DNA of 32,000 nt from Candidatus Fimenecus sp. (GCA_045531435.1 JAZSDZ010000080.1:2807-34806), one strand, 5' to 3'. Shown: positions 17,785-27,498, numbered from the stretch's first letter. Numbers and translations are program-made. Notes: generated by a model from the sequence alone, not told the origin.

Positions 17785-19200
17785 ATGACAGAATATATTT
17801 CAAGTATCTCCAACGAGGCTCTTTCAACTTTATGCGAAGAACTTCGTAAAAATAACCACATTAATCCTGATTACTACAATAGATTTGAAGTAAAAAGAGG
17901 ACTTCGTAACTACGACGGAACAGGTGTTCTTGCCGGTCTTACACGTGTTTGTTCCGTTGAAGGTTACTATATGGATGACGGTGAAAAGGTGCCTAAAAAT
18001 GGTCGTCTTGTTTACCGTGGAATCAATATGACAGATATTGTTGATCATTGTGAACAGGAAAATCGTTTTGGTTATGAAGAGGTTGTATGGCTTCTTTTGT
18101 TTGGTGCTCTTCCAACAAAGGAACAGCTTAAGTGGTTTACAGAATTACTTGCTGAAAGTCGTAATCTTCCTGAGGATTTCATCGAAGATATGATTATGAA
18201 AGCACCATCGCCTGATGTTATGAATAAGGCTGCCCGTAGTGTTCTGGCACTTTATTCTTACGACCCTAATCCTGATGATACATCACCTGAAAATGTGCTT
18301 CGTCAGTGCATTCAGCTTATAGCACAGATGCCTGTAATTCTCACAAGTGCATATCAGGTTAAGCGTAGAGTTTATGATAAAAAGAGTATGTTCTTCCATC
18401 AGAATAAAAAGGAATTAGGAATAGCAGAAAGTATTTTGCGTTCAATCCGTCCTGATAAAAAATTTACTGACGAAGAAGCAAAGTTACTTGATATTTGTAT
18501 GATTATCCACGCTGAACACGGCGGTGGTAATAACTCCACATTTGCAACACGATGCGTTTCTTCAAGTGGTACTGACACATATGCAGCAATTGCTGCTGCT
18601 ATCGGTTCTCTTAAAGGTCCTCGTCATGGTGGTGCAAATATCAAAGTTTTTAAAATGCTTGAAGATATGAAAGCAAATATAAGCGATATTACAAATGAAG
18701 GTCAGGTTGCCGATTATATTACAAAGATTATGAATAAAGAGGCAAACGACCATTCAGGTCTAGTTTATGGTATGGGACACGCAGTTTATACTCTTTCTGA
18801 CCCAAGAGCAGTTATTCTTCGCAGATATGCTGATAAATTCTCTAAAATGCAGGGCAGGGAAGATGAATTTAAAATGCTCAATCTTATTGAAACATTAACT
18901 CCGGAACTTTTTGCAAAGCATCGCGGTATAAACAAAAAGATGTGTGCAAATGTGGACTTGTATTCAGGTCTTGTTTACGATATGCTTGGAATTCCACAGG
19001 ATTTGTTTACACCTATATTTATGGCTGCTCGTATGGCAGGTTGGTCTGCTCATAGAATTGAGGAACTGACAACAGGCGGAAGGATTATTCGTCCAGCATA
19101 CAAGAATGTTACAATTCCTCGTAATTATGTTCCTATGTCTGATCGTATTATTCGTACAAATGGAGTTCAGGCTGAATATATTCCTATTGCAGAAAGGTAG
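17785..19200 (+). CDS. Citrate synthase
   Basis: HAEHGGGNNST, GMGHAVYTLSDPRA and NVDLYSG active-site contexts. Start at MTEYI, with AGGAGG at 17773-17778. Confidence 0.88.
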   Translation: MTEYISSISNEALSTLCEELRKNNHINPDYYNRFEVKRGLRNYDGTGVLAGLTRVCSVEGYYMDDGEKVPKNGRLVYRGINMTDIVDHCEQENRFGYEEVVWLLLFGALPTKEQLKWFTELLAESRNLPEDFIEDMIMKAPSPDVMNKAARSVLALYSYDPNPDDTSPENVLRQCIQLIAQMPVILTSAYQVKRRVYDKKSMFFHQNKKELGIAESILRSIRPDKKFTDEEAKLLDICMIIHAEHGGGNNSTFATRCVSSSGTDTYAAIAAAIGSLKGPRHGGANIKVFKMLEDMKANISDITNEGQVADYITKIMNKEANDHSGLVYGMGHAVYTLSDPRAVILRRYADKFSKMQGREDEFKMLNLIETLTPELFAKHRGINKKMCANVDLYSGLVYDMLGIPQDLFTPIFMAARMAGWSAHRIEELTTGGRIIRPAYKNVTIPRNYVPMSDRIIRTNGVQAEYIPIAER

Positions 19201-19207
19201 TTGTGTT

Positions 19208-20089
19208 ATGAAAATTATCGGTAGATTTAAAAAAATTAATCCATTACTTCCTTTATATATTATTGTGGGACTTTTGTGTCTTGCAATCCCATTCAGAACA
19301 TATCAGTTGCTTTTTATTACTGAAAATGTAACGGGATTTTATAAAACTATTGACTGGTCTGTATATGCAATCTACGGCTTATCAGCATTGGCAATACTTG
19401 TGTCATTTGTCGTAGTAAACCTTGCAAAGAATGTTCCTTCATCAAGAGATGAAATCAAGAAAAAGAATGTATTTTTGGCAGTCGCATCTATTCTTTTTTC
19501 ATTTGGTATAGTTATCGATTCCGTTTTTTCACTTACATCAATTCTTGCAGGTACAGCAAGTGCGGATAATCTTACATCAGTGATGATTGAAGCAGTTTTT
19601 GGTATTTTTGCAGCAATTTACTTTATGTTGTTCGGTATATCGCATTTCGATGGCAAAACAACTTATTTCCAATACAGATTTTTAGCACTTGCACCACTTG
19701 CATGGACAACAGGTAGAATAATCATAAGATTTATGAAAAAAATAGCTTATGTAAATATTGCTGATTTGATGCTTGAAATATTTATACTTGCAGGAATGAT
19801 GATTTTCTTCCTGGCATTTGCGAGAATTTCATCAGGTCTTTCAAACGAAAAGTCAATGCGTTCACTTTTTGCATCAGGATATGTGTGTATTTTCTTTTGT
19901 GCATTGGCAAATATTCCAAGAGTTGTCTTGATTTTCACAGGAAACAGCGATTATATTCCTTTTGATTATCCACTCTCAATATGTGACCTTACATTTGCTC
20001 TTTTTGTTGCTACTTATATTGTAAATGCTATGAATAAAGCAACAGTAAATGACCATGACGAAATTTATACGGATGAGGACGAAAATTAA
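19208..20089 (+). CDS. Polytopic membrane protein of unknown function (about 7-8 TM)
   Basis: The ATG at 19208 lies 8 nt after the citrate synthase stop; the ORF-track N-terminal extension overlaps that gene. Multiple hydrophobic helices and an acidic C-terminal tail. No family recognised. Confidence 0.6.
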   Translation: MKIIGRFKKINPLLPLYIIVGLLCLAIPFRTYQLLFITENVTGFYKTIDWSVYAIYGLSALAILVSFVVVNLAKNVPSSRDEIKKKNVFLAVASILFSFGIVIDSVFSLTSILAGTASADNLTSVMIEAVFGIFAAIYFMLFGISHFDGKTTYFQYRFLALAPLAWTTGRIIIRFMKKIAYVNIADLMLEIFILAGMMIFFLAFARISSGLSNEKSMRSLFASGYVCIFFCALANIPRVVLIFTGNSDYIPFDYPLSICDLTFALFVATYIVNAMNKATVNDHDEIYTDEDEN

Positions 20090-20098
20090 TATATAATT

Positions 20099-21043
20099 AT
20101 GGCATACTTTTTTGACAATGTTTTAACAGCTTTTACTCAGGTTGTAATACTTTTCCTTGTTGCTATGGTTGGTTTTATCTGTCATAAGGCAGGCATTTAT
20201 ACTGAAAAGGCATCAAGACTTACAACAGACTTACTTTTTTATATTGTTTCACCTGCGATTATTATCCGTTCATTTTACGGAATGGAATATAATCCGAGTG
20301 CACTTAAAAGCCTGTTGCTGGCACTTGTTGGTGGTATCTTTTTGCACCTTGTAGGTATTGTCATTGTGCCCTTCCTTTTTAATAAAGGTGATAAGTCAAC
20401 TGCTTGTATTTTTAAATATGCTTGTATTTATGGTAATGTAGGTTATATGGCTCTTCCGTTGGCACAAGCTGTTTTAGGTGATGAAGGTATATTCTACTGT
20501 TCAGTTATTTTGGTGCCATTCAATATTCTTTCGTTTACTCACGGTGTAAATATAATGCAAAAAGGTGATAATGCAGAGAAGTTTAATTTCAAAAAACTTC
20601 TTATAAATCCGGGTATAATAGGCGTTGCGATAGGATTACCATTATTTCTTTTACAAATTAAGATACCTGATGTTATTTATTCACCTGTTTCATATATTGC
20701 CGACCTCAATACTCCACTTGCGATGGTAATGTTCGGCACATATTTAGCATCAGCCGATTGGAAAACTTTGTTTTCAGATAAGAGAATTTTCGGTTCAGCA
20801 CTTGTTAAAGTGATTGTTGTACCTCTTGTTACAATTTTTACATTAAAGCTTTTCGGTTATGGTGGCACTTTATTAACTGCGTGTGCATTGAGTGCATCTG
20901 CACCAACAGCAAGTAATACAGTTATGTTTGCTGCGAAATATAATCGTGATACAGCATTGGCGTCAAAGGTAACGGCTTTTATCAGTGTGTTGTCAATACT
21001 GACAATGCCTGTAATGATAGCTCTTGCACAGGCGTTACAGTAA
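20099..21043 (+). CDS. AEC (auxin efflux carrier / malate permease-like) family transporter
   Basis: 314 aa with about 10 TM. The N-terminus (FLVAMVGFICHKAGIYTEKASRLTTDLLFYIVSPAIIIRSF) and the C-terminal SAPTASNTVMFAAKYN are typical of the family. Confidence 0.75.
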   Translation: MAYFFDNVLTAFTQVVILFLVAMVGFICHKAGIYTEKASRLTTDLLFYIVSPAIIIRSFYGMEYNPSALKSLLLALVGGIFLHLVGIVIVPFLFNKGDKSTACIFKYACIYGNVGYMALPLAQAVLGDEGIFYCSVILVPFNILSFTHGVNIMQKGDNAEKFNFKKLLINPGIIGVAIGLPLFLLQIKIPDVIYSPVSYIADLNTPLAMVMFGTYLASADWKTLFSDKRIFGSALVKVIVVPLVTIFTLKLFGYGGTLLTACALSASAPTASNTVMFAAKYNRDTALASKVTAFISVLSILTMPVMIALAQALQ

Positions 21044-21070
21044 AAATAATATGATTAAGGAGTGATTTTC

Positions 21071-21397
21071 GTGAAGCTTATCGTTGCAATTATAAATAAC
21101 GATGATGTAAATGCGGTAATGTCAAATCTTACAAAAGAAGGGTATTCAGCAACAAAGCTCAATACTTCAGGCGGATTTTTACGCGCAGGCAATATAACGC
21201 TTTTAATCGGTGTTGAAACAAGTAAGGTTGATGATGTGATAAACATTATCGGTAAACACAGTAGTCAACGCAAGAAAATCACACCTGTAAACACTACATA
21301 TATCGGGGAGTCAATGCTTTCATCAATGCCCATTGAGGTGACAGTGGGCGGAGCAACAATTTTTGTTCTTGATGTTGAGCAGTTTTATAAGATATGA
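21071..21397 (+). CDS. darA: PII-like cyclic-di-AMP receptor DarA (YaaQ/PstA)
   Basis: Collinear with my recollection of B. subtilis DarA: KLIVAII...TKLNTSGGFLRAGNITLLIGVE...VEVTVGGATIFVLDVEQF. GTG start at 21071, 8 nt after AAGGAG. Confidence 0.85.
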   Translation: MKLIVAIINNDDVNAVMSNLTKEGYSATKLNTSGGFLRAGNITLLIGVETSKVDDVINIIGKHSSQRKKITPVNTTYIGESMLSSMPIEVTVGGATIFVLDVEQFYKI

Positions 21398-22263
21398 CTA
21401 ATGAAATACAGACAAAAACAGAAATGATATATAATCAGGTTGTGTCTTTGGTTGAGCAGGGCAATTTCCCACACGGAGTTCTGGTGGAGTGTCAGAATTC
21501 TGCAGAGGGGGAGAGCTTCGCACACTTTATCGCAAATGCACTTGTTTGCAGGGGGGATAATAAGCCTTGTTCGGTCTGTCCTGACTGTATAAAAGCACAG
21601 GGTAAAGGGCATCCTGATATTTTCATTACAGATGGAATAAAAGGTAAAAGTAAGAATTTTACTGTGGATGCAGTCCGTGAAATACGCGATGATGCATTCG
21701 TTATTCCAAATGAAAGTGACAAAAAAATATACATACTGAAAAATGGTCACAATATGAATGAACAAGCACAGAATGCTATTCTTAAAATATTGGAAGAACC
21801 ACCATCATATGTATATTTCATAATAGTGACAGAATCAAAAAGTACAATGCTTGAAACTGTTCTTTCCCGTGTACAGATTTTTTCTATTTTAACTGATGAG
21901 GAAAGCTATACAGAAAAAGAGGCACAGGCTGTAAGTGGTATGGTAAAAGCATTGTTAAGTGTCAATGAGTTGGCATTGATGGAACAGACTGCGGTTTTCC
22001 AGAAAAACAATCAGTTTGCAAAATCAGTCCTTGTATTAATGACAGAGGTTTTTCGTGATGCACTTGTTAAAAAGAATGGTTTTACAAGAGAGTTTCGTTT
22101 TAAGAATGAAACTGATTCAATCTGCAATTCATTGACAGCAAAAGCAATTTTGCAGTTGATTTCGGCCTGTGATGAACTGATAGAATCCATTGACAGAAAT
22201 TGTAACAATAACTTGCTTCTTGTTCGTATGTGTTATGAATTCAAGCAAGCAATAGGTAGGTAA
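21394..22263 (+). CDS. holB: DNA polymerase III subunit delta' (HolB)
   Basis: Clamp-loader AAA+ fold with the Zn module CRGDNKPCSVCPDCIKAQ and the ILKILEEPP motif. ATGA overlap with darA, and conserved synteny. Confidence 0.85.
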   Translation: MTNEIQTKTEMIYNQVVSLVEQGNFPHGVLVECQNSAEGESFAHFIANALVCRGDNKPCSVCPDCIKAQGKGHPDIFITDGIKGKSKNFTVDAVREIRDDAFVIPNESDKKIYILKNGHNMNEQAQNAILKILEEPPSYVYFIIVTESKSTMLETVLSRVQIFSILTDEESYTEKEAQAVSGMVKALLSVNELALMEQTAVFQKNNQFAKSVLVLMTEVFRDALVKKNGFTREFRFKNETDSICNSLTAKAILQLISACDELIESIDRNCNNNLLLVRMCYEFKQAIGR

Positions 22264-22279
22264 GTAGGAGACATTATAA

Positions 22280-23143
22280 ATGATAGAGACAGTTGGAATA
22301 AGATTTAAAGAAGGCGGAAAAATCTACGATTTTGATGCAGATGGTAAAAACTTTAACAAGGGCGATTTTGCTATGGTTGAAACTGTACGTGGCATCGAAT
22401 GTGGTGAGGTAGCAAAGGCAAACCATGGTGTGAATGAGGATAATATTACAAAGCCTTTAAAGAAAGTTATCAGAGTTGCTACTGAGGATGATATTAAAAC
22501 TCTTGAAGAAAACAAAGAAAAAGAAAAGGAAGCATTTAAAATCTGCGAACAGAAGGTAGAGGCACATGGACTTCAAATGAGCCTTGTTGATGCTGAATAT
22601 ACATTTGACAGAAGCAAGCTTCTTTTCTATTTTACTGCTGATGGCAGAGTTGACTTCCGTGAACTTGTAAAGGATTTGGCATCTACATTCAAAACACGAA
22701 TTGAACTTCGTCAGATTGGTGCTCGTGATGAGTCAAGAATGGTTGGCGGTTTTGGCATTTGTGGCAGACCTTTCTGTTGTAATACATTCTTAACTGATTT
22801 TCAGCCTGTTTCAATTAAAATGGCAAAGGAGCAAGGACTTTCACTTAATCCTACAAAAATCAGCGGTACTTGCGGACGCCTTATGTGTTGTCTTAAATAT
22901 GAACAAGAAACTTATGAGCATCTTCTTCGTGTTACACCAAAAGTTGGTGCAATCGTTGACACATTTGACGGAAAAGGCAAGGTAATTGAAAATAACCTTA
23001 TTACCGGTATGTTAAAGGTTTGTCTTGACCGTCGCCCTGATGCTGCTCCACTCGTTATTCATCGTCATAGTGTGAAACTTATCAAAGATGCTCACATCAG
23101 AGTAGAAAAAGAGGAATTAGAGGCATTAAAAGGAATTGAGTAA
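22280..23143 (+). CDS. ricT: PSP1-domain regulatory iron-sulfur protein RicT (YaaT, stage 0 sporulation protein)
   Basis: Cys clusters GICGRPFCCNTFL and GTCGRLMCCLKYE, in the position after holB as in Bacillus. Confidence 0.85.
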   Translation: MIETVGIRFKEGGKIYDFDADGKNFNKGDFAMVETVRGIECGEVAKANHGVNEDNITKPLKKVIRVATEDDIKTLEENKEKEKEAFKICEQKVEAHGLQMSLVDAEYTFDRSKLLFYFTADGRVDFRELVKDLASTFKTRIELRQIGARDESRMVGGFGICGRPFCCNTFLTDFQPVSIKMAKEQGLSLNPTKISGTCGRLMCCLKYEQETYEHLLRVTPKVGAIVDTFDGKGKVIENNLITGMLKVCLDRRPDAAPLVIHRHSVKLIKDAHIRVEKEELEALKGIE

Positions 23144-23150
23144 AAAACAC

Positions 23151-23178
23151 TTGATTTTTCTTATTAATGTGCTACAAT
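23151..23178 (+). promoter_or_regulatory. Extended -10 sigma-A promoter for the ferredoxin gene
   Basis: TTGATT (23151-23156), 16-nt spacer ending in TGc, TACAAT (23173-23178). Confidence 0.5.
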
Positions 23179-23210
23179 GATACTATACCAAGAAAGGGAG
23201 GGTATATAAC

Positions 23211-23381
23211 ATGGCATATAAAATTACTGAAGACTGCATTTCATGTGGCGCTTGCGCAGCAGATTGTCCTGTAGAAGCTATTTCTGAAGGCGACGGCATC
23301 TATGTAATCGACGCTGATACATGCATCGATTGTGGTGCTTGTGCAGATAGTTGCCCTGTTTCAGCACCTGTAGCTGAATAA
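23211..23381 (+). CDS. fdx: Clostridial-type 2x[4Fe-4S] ferredoxin (56 aa, below the ORF-track cutoff)
   Basis: Hand translation: MAYKITEDCISCGACAADCPVEAISEGDGIYVIDADTCIDCGACADSCPVSAPVAE, with two CxxCxxCxxxCP motifs and a GGGAGG RBS upstream. The 74-aa minus-strand ORF at 23278-23502 is antisense to it and spurious. Confidence 0.9.
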   Translation: MAYKITEDCISCGACAADCPVEAISEGDGIYVIDADTCIDCGACADSCPVSAPVAE

Positions 23382-23396
23382 TTATAATAAAAAAAG

Positions 23397-23430
23397 AAAT
23401 CGCCGAGGTTAACGCCTTGGCGATTTTTTT
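23397..23430. terminator. Rho-independent terminator after the ferredoxin gene, usable from both sides
   Basis: TCGCCGAGG-ttaacg-CCTTGGCGA, preceded by an A-run and followed by TTTTTTT. It lies between the convergent fdx and MerR-family genes. Confidence 0.8.
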
Positions 23431-23482
23431 ACATAAAAATTTCTGTAAGTGACTATGTTTGCATGTAATTTTTACATGTTTC

Positions 23483-24295
23483 TCAACCAAGAGAAAATTC
23501 AAATAAAAACTTAAATATAATAAATAATGGATATACCATGCAGAAAAGAAGTGCCAACCAGCATATAACAGATAGTATTGTTAGCAGTATGTCAATTACC
23601 TTTGAGAGTTTTGGATATTTTTTTCTTAAAAACCTCATGAATAAGAAAAAAGGAAAAGCGATGACTGACGAGATAAAAGCAAAAAATACACAAGCGCCAA
23701 AATGTTCAAGAAAGGCTGAAAGTGTAATTTCGTTAGTTCGTAAACATCTTAAAAATGAAAGTGCCGAAAGGAGAAGAAACAGAGAAAGGATAACACCGAT
23801 TATACCAAATTTTTCTTTAATTTTTTTTAGATTTATAAAATAAAACATTTCTATAATATTGGTATAGTGGTCTATTTCGTTTTTGATAAAATCTTTCATT
23901 ATTTCATTAAAACCTTCACCTCTGCTTTCTCTGGTATTGATAATATGCCAAAAATAATCTTGGGGAAACTCTTTTTCATTTGAATTAGTTTCTTTAATTA
24001 ATTCACATACCTTGATTGCACCATTCAATTCGTCGATTTTCTCATGAAGACGATTAAGATTGTTTGTAATCGCAGTTTGTAAAGGCAATGAGCCATTGAA
24101 AATATTGTGTATATCAGCAATGGAAAGTCCCAGCTTTCGAAAAATAATGATTTTTTTAAGTTGCGTAATATCTTCATTACTGTATTCCCGATATCCATTT
24201 TCTTTTCTTACGGGAGAGACTAAACCCTCATGCTCATAAAATCGAATATTTGCACGTGAAACTTTTAATTCTTTTTCAACTTCTTGAATTTTCAT
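23483..24295 (-). CDS. MerR-family transcriptional regulator with three C-terminal transmembrane helices
   Basis: N-terminal MerR HTH (IQEVEKELKVSRANIRFYEHEGLVSPVRKENGYREYSNEDITQLKKIIIFRKLGLSIADI), a coiled-coil linker, then three hydrophobic helices (IIGVILSLFLLLSALSFL, FGACVFFAFISSVIAFPFFLFM, VIDILLTILSVICWLALLFCMVYPLFIIF). Confidence 0.8.
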   Translation of the reverse strand: MKIQEVEKELKVSRANIRFYEHEGLVSPVRKENGYREYSNEDITQLKKIIIFRKLGLSIADIHNIFNGSLPLQTAITNNLNRLHEKIDELNGAIKVCELIKETNSNEKEFPQDYFWHIINTRESRGEGFNEIMKDFIKNEIDHYTNIIEMFYFINLKKIKEKFGIIGVILSLFLLLSALSFLRCLRTNEITLSAFLEHFGACVFFAFISSVIAFPFFLFMRFLRKKYPKLSKVIDILLTILSVICWLALLFCMVYPLFIIFKFLFEFSLG

Positions 24296-24315
24296 TGTAT
24301 ACCTCCTTTTTAAAG

Positions 24316-24346
24316 ATTATAAGGTATAAACCAACTTTACAGTCAA
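24316..24346 (-). promoter_or_regulatory. Promoter of the MerR-family gene with a 19-nt spacer
   Basis: Minus strand: TTGACT, then the 19-nt spacer GTAAAGTTGGTTTATACCT, then TATAAT. The imperfect dyad TGTAAA-gttgg-TTTATA is centred in the spacer. Confidence 0.5.
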
Positions 24347-24437
24347 GTAATATTTTTAATTTTAAGAAAATTTTTGTTTATCAAGCACAGAAATAATCAA
24401 TTTCTTATTTTAAGTCTTCTAAATATAATATCTTATT

Positions 24438-24472
24438 AAAAAATAGTAAAGGGACGACACAGGCATCGTCCC
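24438..24472 (-). terminator. Rho-independent terminator ending the long minus-strand sugar operon
   Basis: Minus strand: GGGACGA-tgcctgtg-TCGTCCC followed by TTTACTATTTTTT. Confidence 0.75.
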
Positions 24473-24488
24473 AGTATAATGAATAATC

Positions 24489-25673
24489 TTATCCGAATAT
24501 ACTCAAATCAAAATTATTAGCAACAATCTGACCGCCTTCAAAGTTCGGGTGAAGCTTATCTCTGCCTAAAAGATCTTTCCTTGAACAATTTGGTTTGTTT
24601 TCGTCAATACAATAACTTGCCTGGTCATATACCATGTCAAAGCAATCTTTATTTTCCATAAGCAGACGGTTATATTCAAGTACCATAGCTTCTTTTTCAG
24701 GGTTTGAGTCGATGTCAAGACCAAAGTGAAGTACATTCATTGCAATAAATTTCTTACCGTGCTTATGTGCCTTATCTGCCAATTCCTTAACAGCGTTAAA
24801 AGCGTTTTCAGGAGTTGGCTTTTCATTTTTTGGTGCAGAAATCGTGCCGTATTGAAGAAAGTCATTTGTACCAAGTGCAAAAATTATGTATTCAGCATCG
24901 GAAAATCGCAAAGCATCATTTTCATATCTTTTTATTCCACTTATACCGAAAAGCCCGGGGCAGGGGAATCGTTTACTGAAATCCCTAAGTATTCTGTTTC
25001 CCATAATTGAACGATTGATAACTGCATATCTGCCCTTATATTCTTCACGGATTCGTTTTTCAAAGGCATTTGTCCAGAATCCTTGCTGAGTTATTGAATC
25101 TCCAAACATAACAATTGATGTTGCATTGTCATTGTTAAGCAACTCAACCGTATTGATAAGTGGAATCGGTTTGTGAAAACCCATTCCAAGGACTACTGTT
25201 GCAATTTTTCTTACAGTATCTCTTGGTCTTGGCTGATTTTCTGTGTAAGGAATTTTTGTATAATCACCTTTAACTGTAATCAGATTTACATTGTCAAGAA
25301 GATTACCACTACAAAGGTCGCCACTTATTACATAAATGCTGATACAAAAATATTCATCAACGGAGATGTCTAAATCAATAGGGTCAGTTATCACCATTTT
25401 GTTTTTGGCAAGTGTGAAGGACTCCTTTGAATTGACGGTGACAGTTTTATACAAACCATCGGTAAAAGTACCGTTTTTGTCACATTTAGCAACTGTAATA
25501 CCACCGATTTCAACATCGTTTTTACCGGGCCTATTGCAAATTTCAATTCGAAGTTTACTACCGCTTATGGCAGAATGGATAATGGTCCTGTAAGTCCTTT
25601 TGCACGATGGATAATAAAAATGTGAAAGTGCAGAGTGGGCTTGACCCCATACTTGTACCCATTTTTCAGACAT
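24489..25673 (-). CDS. Two-domain SGNH/GDSL carbohydrate esterase (N-terminal beta-sandwich plus SGNH domain)
   Basis: MFGDSITQQG (block I), ALGTNDF (block III), DKLHPN (block V). About 180 aa of N-terminal non-catalytic domain. The AAGGAG RBS overlaps the end of the GH35 gene. Confidence 0.8.
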   Translation of the reverse strand: MSEKWVQVWGQAHSALSHFYYPSCKRTYRTIIHSAISGSKLRIEICNRPGKNDVEIGGITVAKCDKNGTFTDGLYKTVTVNSKESFTLAKNKMVITDPIDLDISVDEYFCISIYVISGDLCSGNLLDNVNLITVKGDYTKIPYTENQPRPRDTVRKIATVVLGMGFHKPIPLINTVELLNNDNATSIVMFGDSITQQGFWTNAFEKRIREEYKGRYAVINRSIMGNRILRDFSKRFPCPGLFGISGIKRYENDALRFSDAEYIIFALGTNDFLQYGTISAPKNEKPTPENAFNAVKELADKAHKHGKKFIAMNVLHFGLDIDSNPEKEAMVLEYNRLLMENKDCFDMVYDQASYCIDENKPNCSRKDLLGRDKLHPNFEGGQIVANNFDLSIFG

Positions 25674-25685
25674 AATAAATTCTCC

Positions 25686-27494
25686 TTAACCTAAATTATG
25701 TGTATCAAGAATTCTAACTTCAGGATTTTTCATTCCAAGTGTTTCAAGTACAATAATTTCGTTTTCTTCTTTTAAAAGGCAACCCGGCAGATAAAGGGAT
25801 TTTTGTGGACCAACTTTCCAATATCTTCCAAGGTTAAAGCCGTTAACCCATACATAACCCTTGTCGAAGCCATCAAGATGCACGAAGCAATCAGCTTGTG
25901 AACTTGCTTTGAATGTGCCTTTGTAGAACATTGCACCATTATCTTTATTAAAGCTTTCAGCAGGTTTATATGTGAGCTTATCAAGGTTATCAAGAGGGAG
26001 CGTCCATACATCGTAACCCATCTGACGCTGATTTGCGATATAGATGTCAGAAAAGCCTTTTCTGTCCATCATTTTTTCGCCATAATTTACTCGTCCCATA
26101 GTGTCAACAAGAAGACCGATTTTCTTTTCGCCGTCAACTGCGCCGATAAACACTGTTGATGTGTCACTACTGTCTTTTGTAACACTCTTAAAGAGCGAGC
26201 CTAATGAAGGTTTGCCACGCTTTGTATATGTAGTACGGTCAATAAATTTTTTGTATTTATCATCAACATAAACGAAACCGAAATCGTGAATATCTCTAAT
26301 CATTAATGGAATAGGGTCATAATGGCCACGAATTATAGTTTCATAGTAAATCATACCAAAATTCTGACCGAAGTATTCCATACTTTCAGGCACAGGAATG
26401 CGATGCTTTTCACCGATTACATTAAGATTTTCAAAAAGAGAAGCTGACTCTGTAAGCTTAACTGTACCAATTTTCTGTAACTTTGGTGATGGTGGTAACT
26501 CTTGCATCTCCAGTCCCTGATGCTTATGTAAAAGCGCTCTGACTGCGTGATAAGCAGGAGTGTAATCACCATATTCGTTAAGTAAGGCACAATAATCATA
26601 ACTGGTTATTGTTGGTTCGTAAGCACAGGCAGGATTGTGATTTGCGCCTGCGTTGAAACCGAAGTTCGTGCCACCGTGGAACATATAGAAATTAAAACTT
26701 GCACCACAGTCGAGGAATTCCTTAACTTCCTTAACAACAGACTGTGGTTTTCTTGTGTGATGCTTATCTCTCCAATGGTCAAACCAACCACACCAGAATT
26801 CACCACACATATTAGGTCCGTCATTCTCGAAATTCTTAAGACAGTTAAAAGCAGTTTTTGCCCTTGAACCAAAGTTAAGAACCTTGTAAATGTGTGGTAA
26901 TGAACCACCTGAAAGCATATTTTTCCAGTTTCCGTCAGATGTGAAAAGGGGAACATCAATGCCACATTCTCTTGTTAAATCCTCAACATATTTAAGGTAA
27001 TCTTTGTCGTTACCATAAGATCCGTATTCATTTTCCACCTGCATCATAATAATATTTCCACCATTTGACTGTAAAAGTGGACAAAGTCTTCCTAAAAGTT
27101 CCTTGTAGTAACGTTCAATACAGGTAAGGAAATCAGGATACATACAGCGAATCTGCATGTTTTTATCTTTTAAAAGCCACGCAGGAAGTCCGCCGAAATC
27201 CCATTCAGCACATATATATGGACCGGGTCTTACAATGCAGTAAAGACCGACCTTCTGAGCAGTTTTTACGAATCTTTCAATGTCTAAAATTCCGTCAAAA
27301 TGGAATTCACCGGGCTTTGGTTCGTGAAGATTCCAACAAGTATATGTTTCAACTGTATTGAATCCTGCCAACTTTAGTTTTGTAAGTCTGTCCTCCCAAT
27401 AATCAGGCACAGTACGAAAATAGTGCATAGCACCTGAATAAATTTTGAAAGGCTTACCATCCATATAAAATTCCTTGTTTTTAATCTCAAACAC
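25686..27494 (-). CDS. Glycoside hydrolase family 35 beta-galactosidase
   Basis: FKIYSGAMHYFRTVPDYWEDRLTKLKLAGFNTVETY, RPGPYICAEWDFGGLPAWLL, MMQVENEYGSYG (acid/base Glu context). I prefer the GTG start at 27494 (GGAGGA 8 nt upstream, 4 nt after the upstream stop) to the overlapping ORF-track Met at 27521. Confidence 0.88.
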   Translation of the reverse strand: MFEIKNKEFYMDGKPFKIYSGAMHYFRTVPDYWEDRLTKLKLAGFNTVETYTCWNLHEPKPGEFHFDGILDIERFVKTAQKVGLYCIVRPGPYICAEWDFGGLPAWLLKDKNMQIRCMYPDFLTCIERYYKELLGRLCPLLQSNGGNIIMMQVENEYGSYGNDKDYLKYVEDLTRECGIDVPLFTSDGNWKNMLSGGSLPHIYKVLNFGSRAKTAFNCLKNFENDGPNMCGEFWCGWFDHWRDKHHTRKPQSVVKEVKEFLDCGASFNFYMFHGGTNFGFNAGANHNPACAYEPTITSYDYCALLNEYGDYTPAYHAVRALLHKHQGLEMQELPPSPKLQKIGTVKLTESASLFENLNVIGEKHRIPVPESMEYFGQNFGMIYYETIIRGHYDPIPLMIRDIHDFGFVYVDDKYKKFIDRTTYTKRGKPSLGSLFKSVTKDSSDTSTVFIGAVDGEKKIGLLVDTMGRVNYGEKMMDRKGFSDIYIANQRQMGYDVWTLPLDNLDKLTYKPAESFNKDNGAMFYKGTFKASSQADCFVHLDGFDKGYVWVNGFNLGRYWKVGPQKSLYLPGCLLKEENEIIVLETLGMKNPEVRILDTHNLG

Positions 27495-27498
27495 CAGG

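Noticed and set aside
23278-23843. 74-aa minus-strand ORF and 101-aa plus-strand ORF
   Set aside because: They are antisense to the clearly real ferredoxin gene and MerR-family gene respectively. Neither has an RBS, and their composition is biased.
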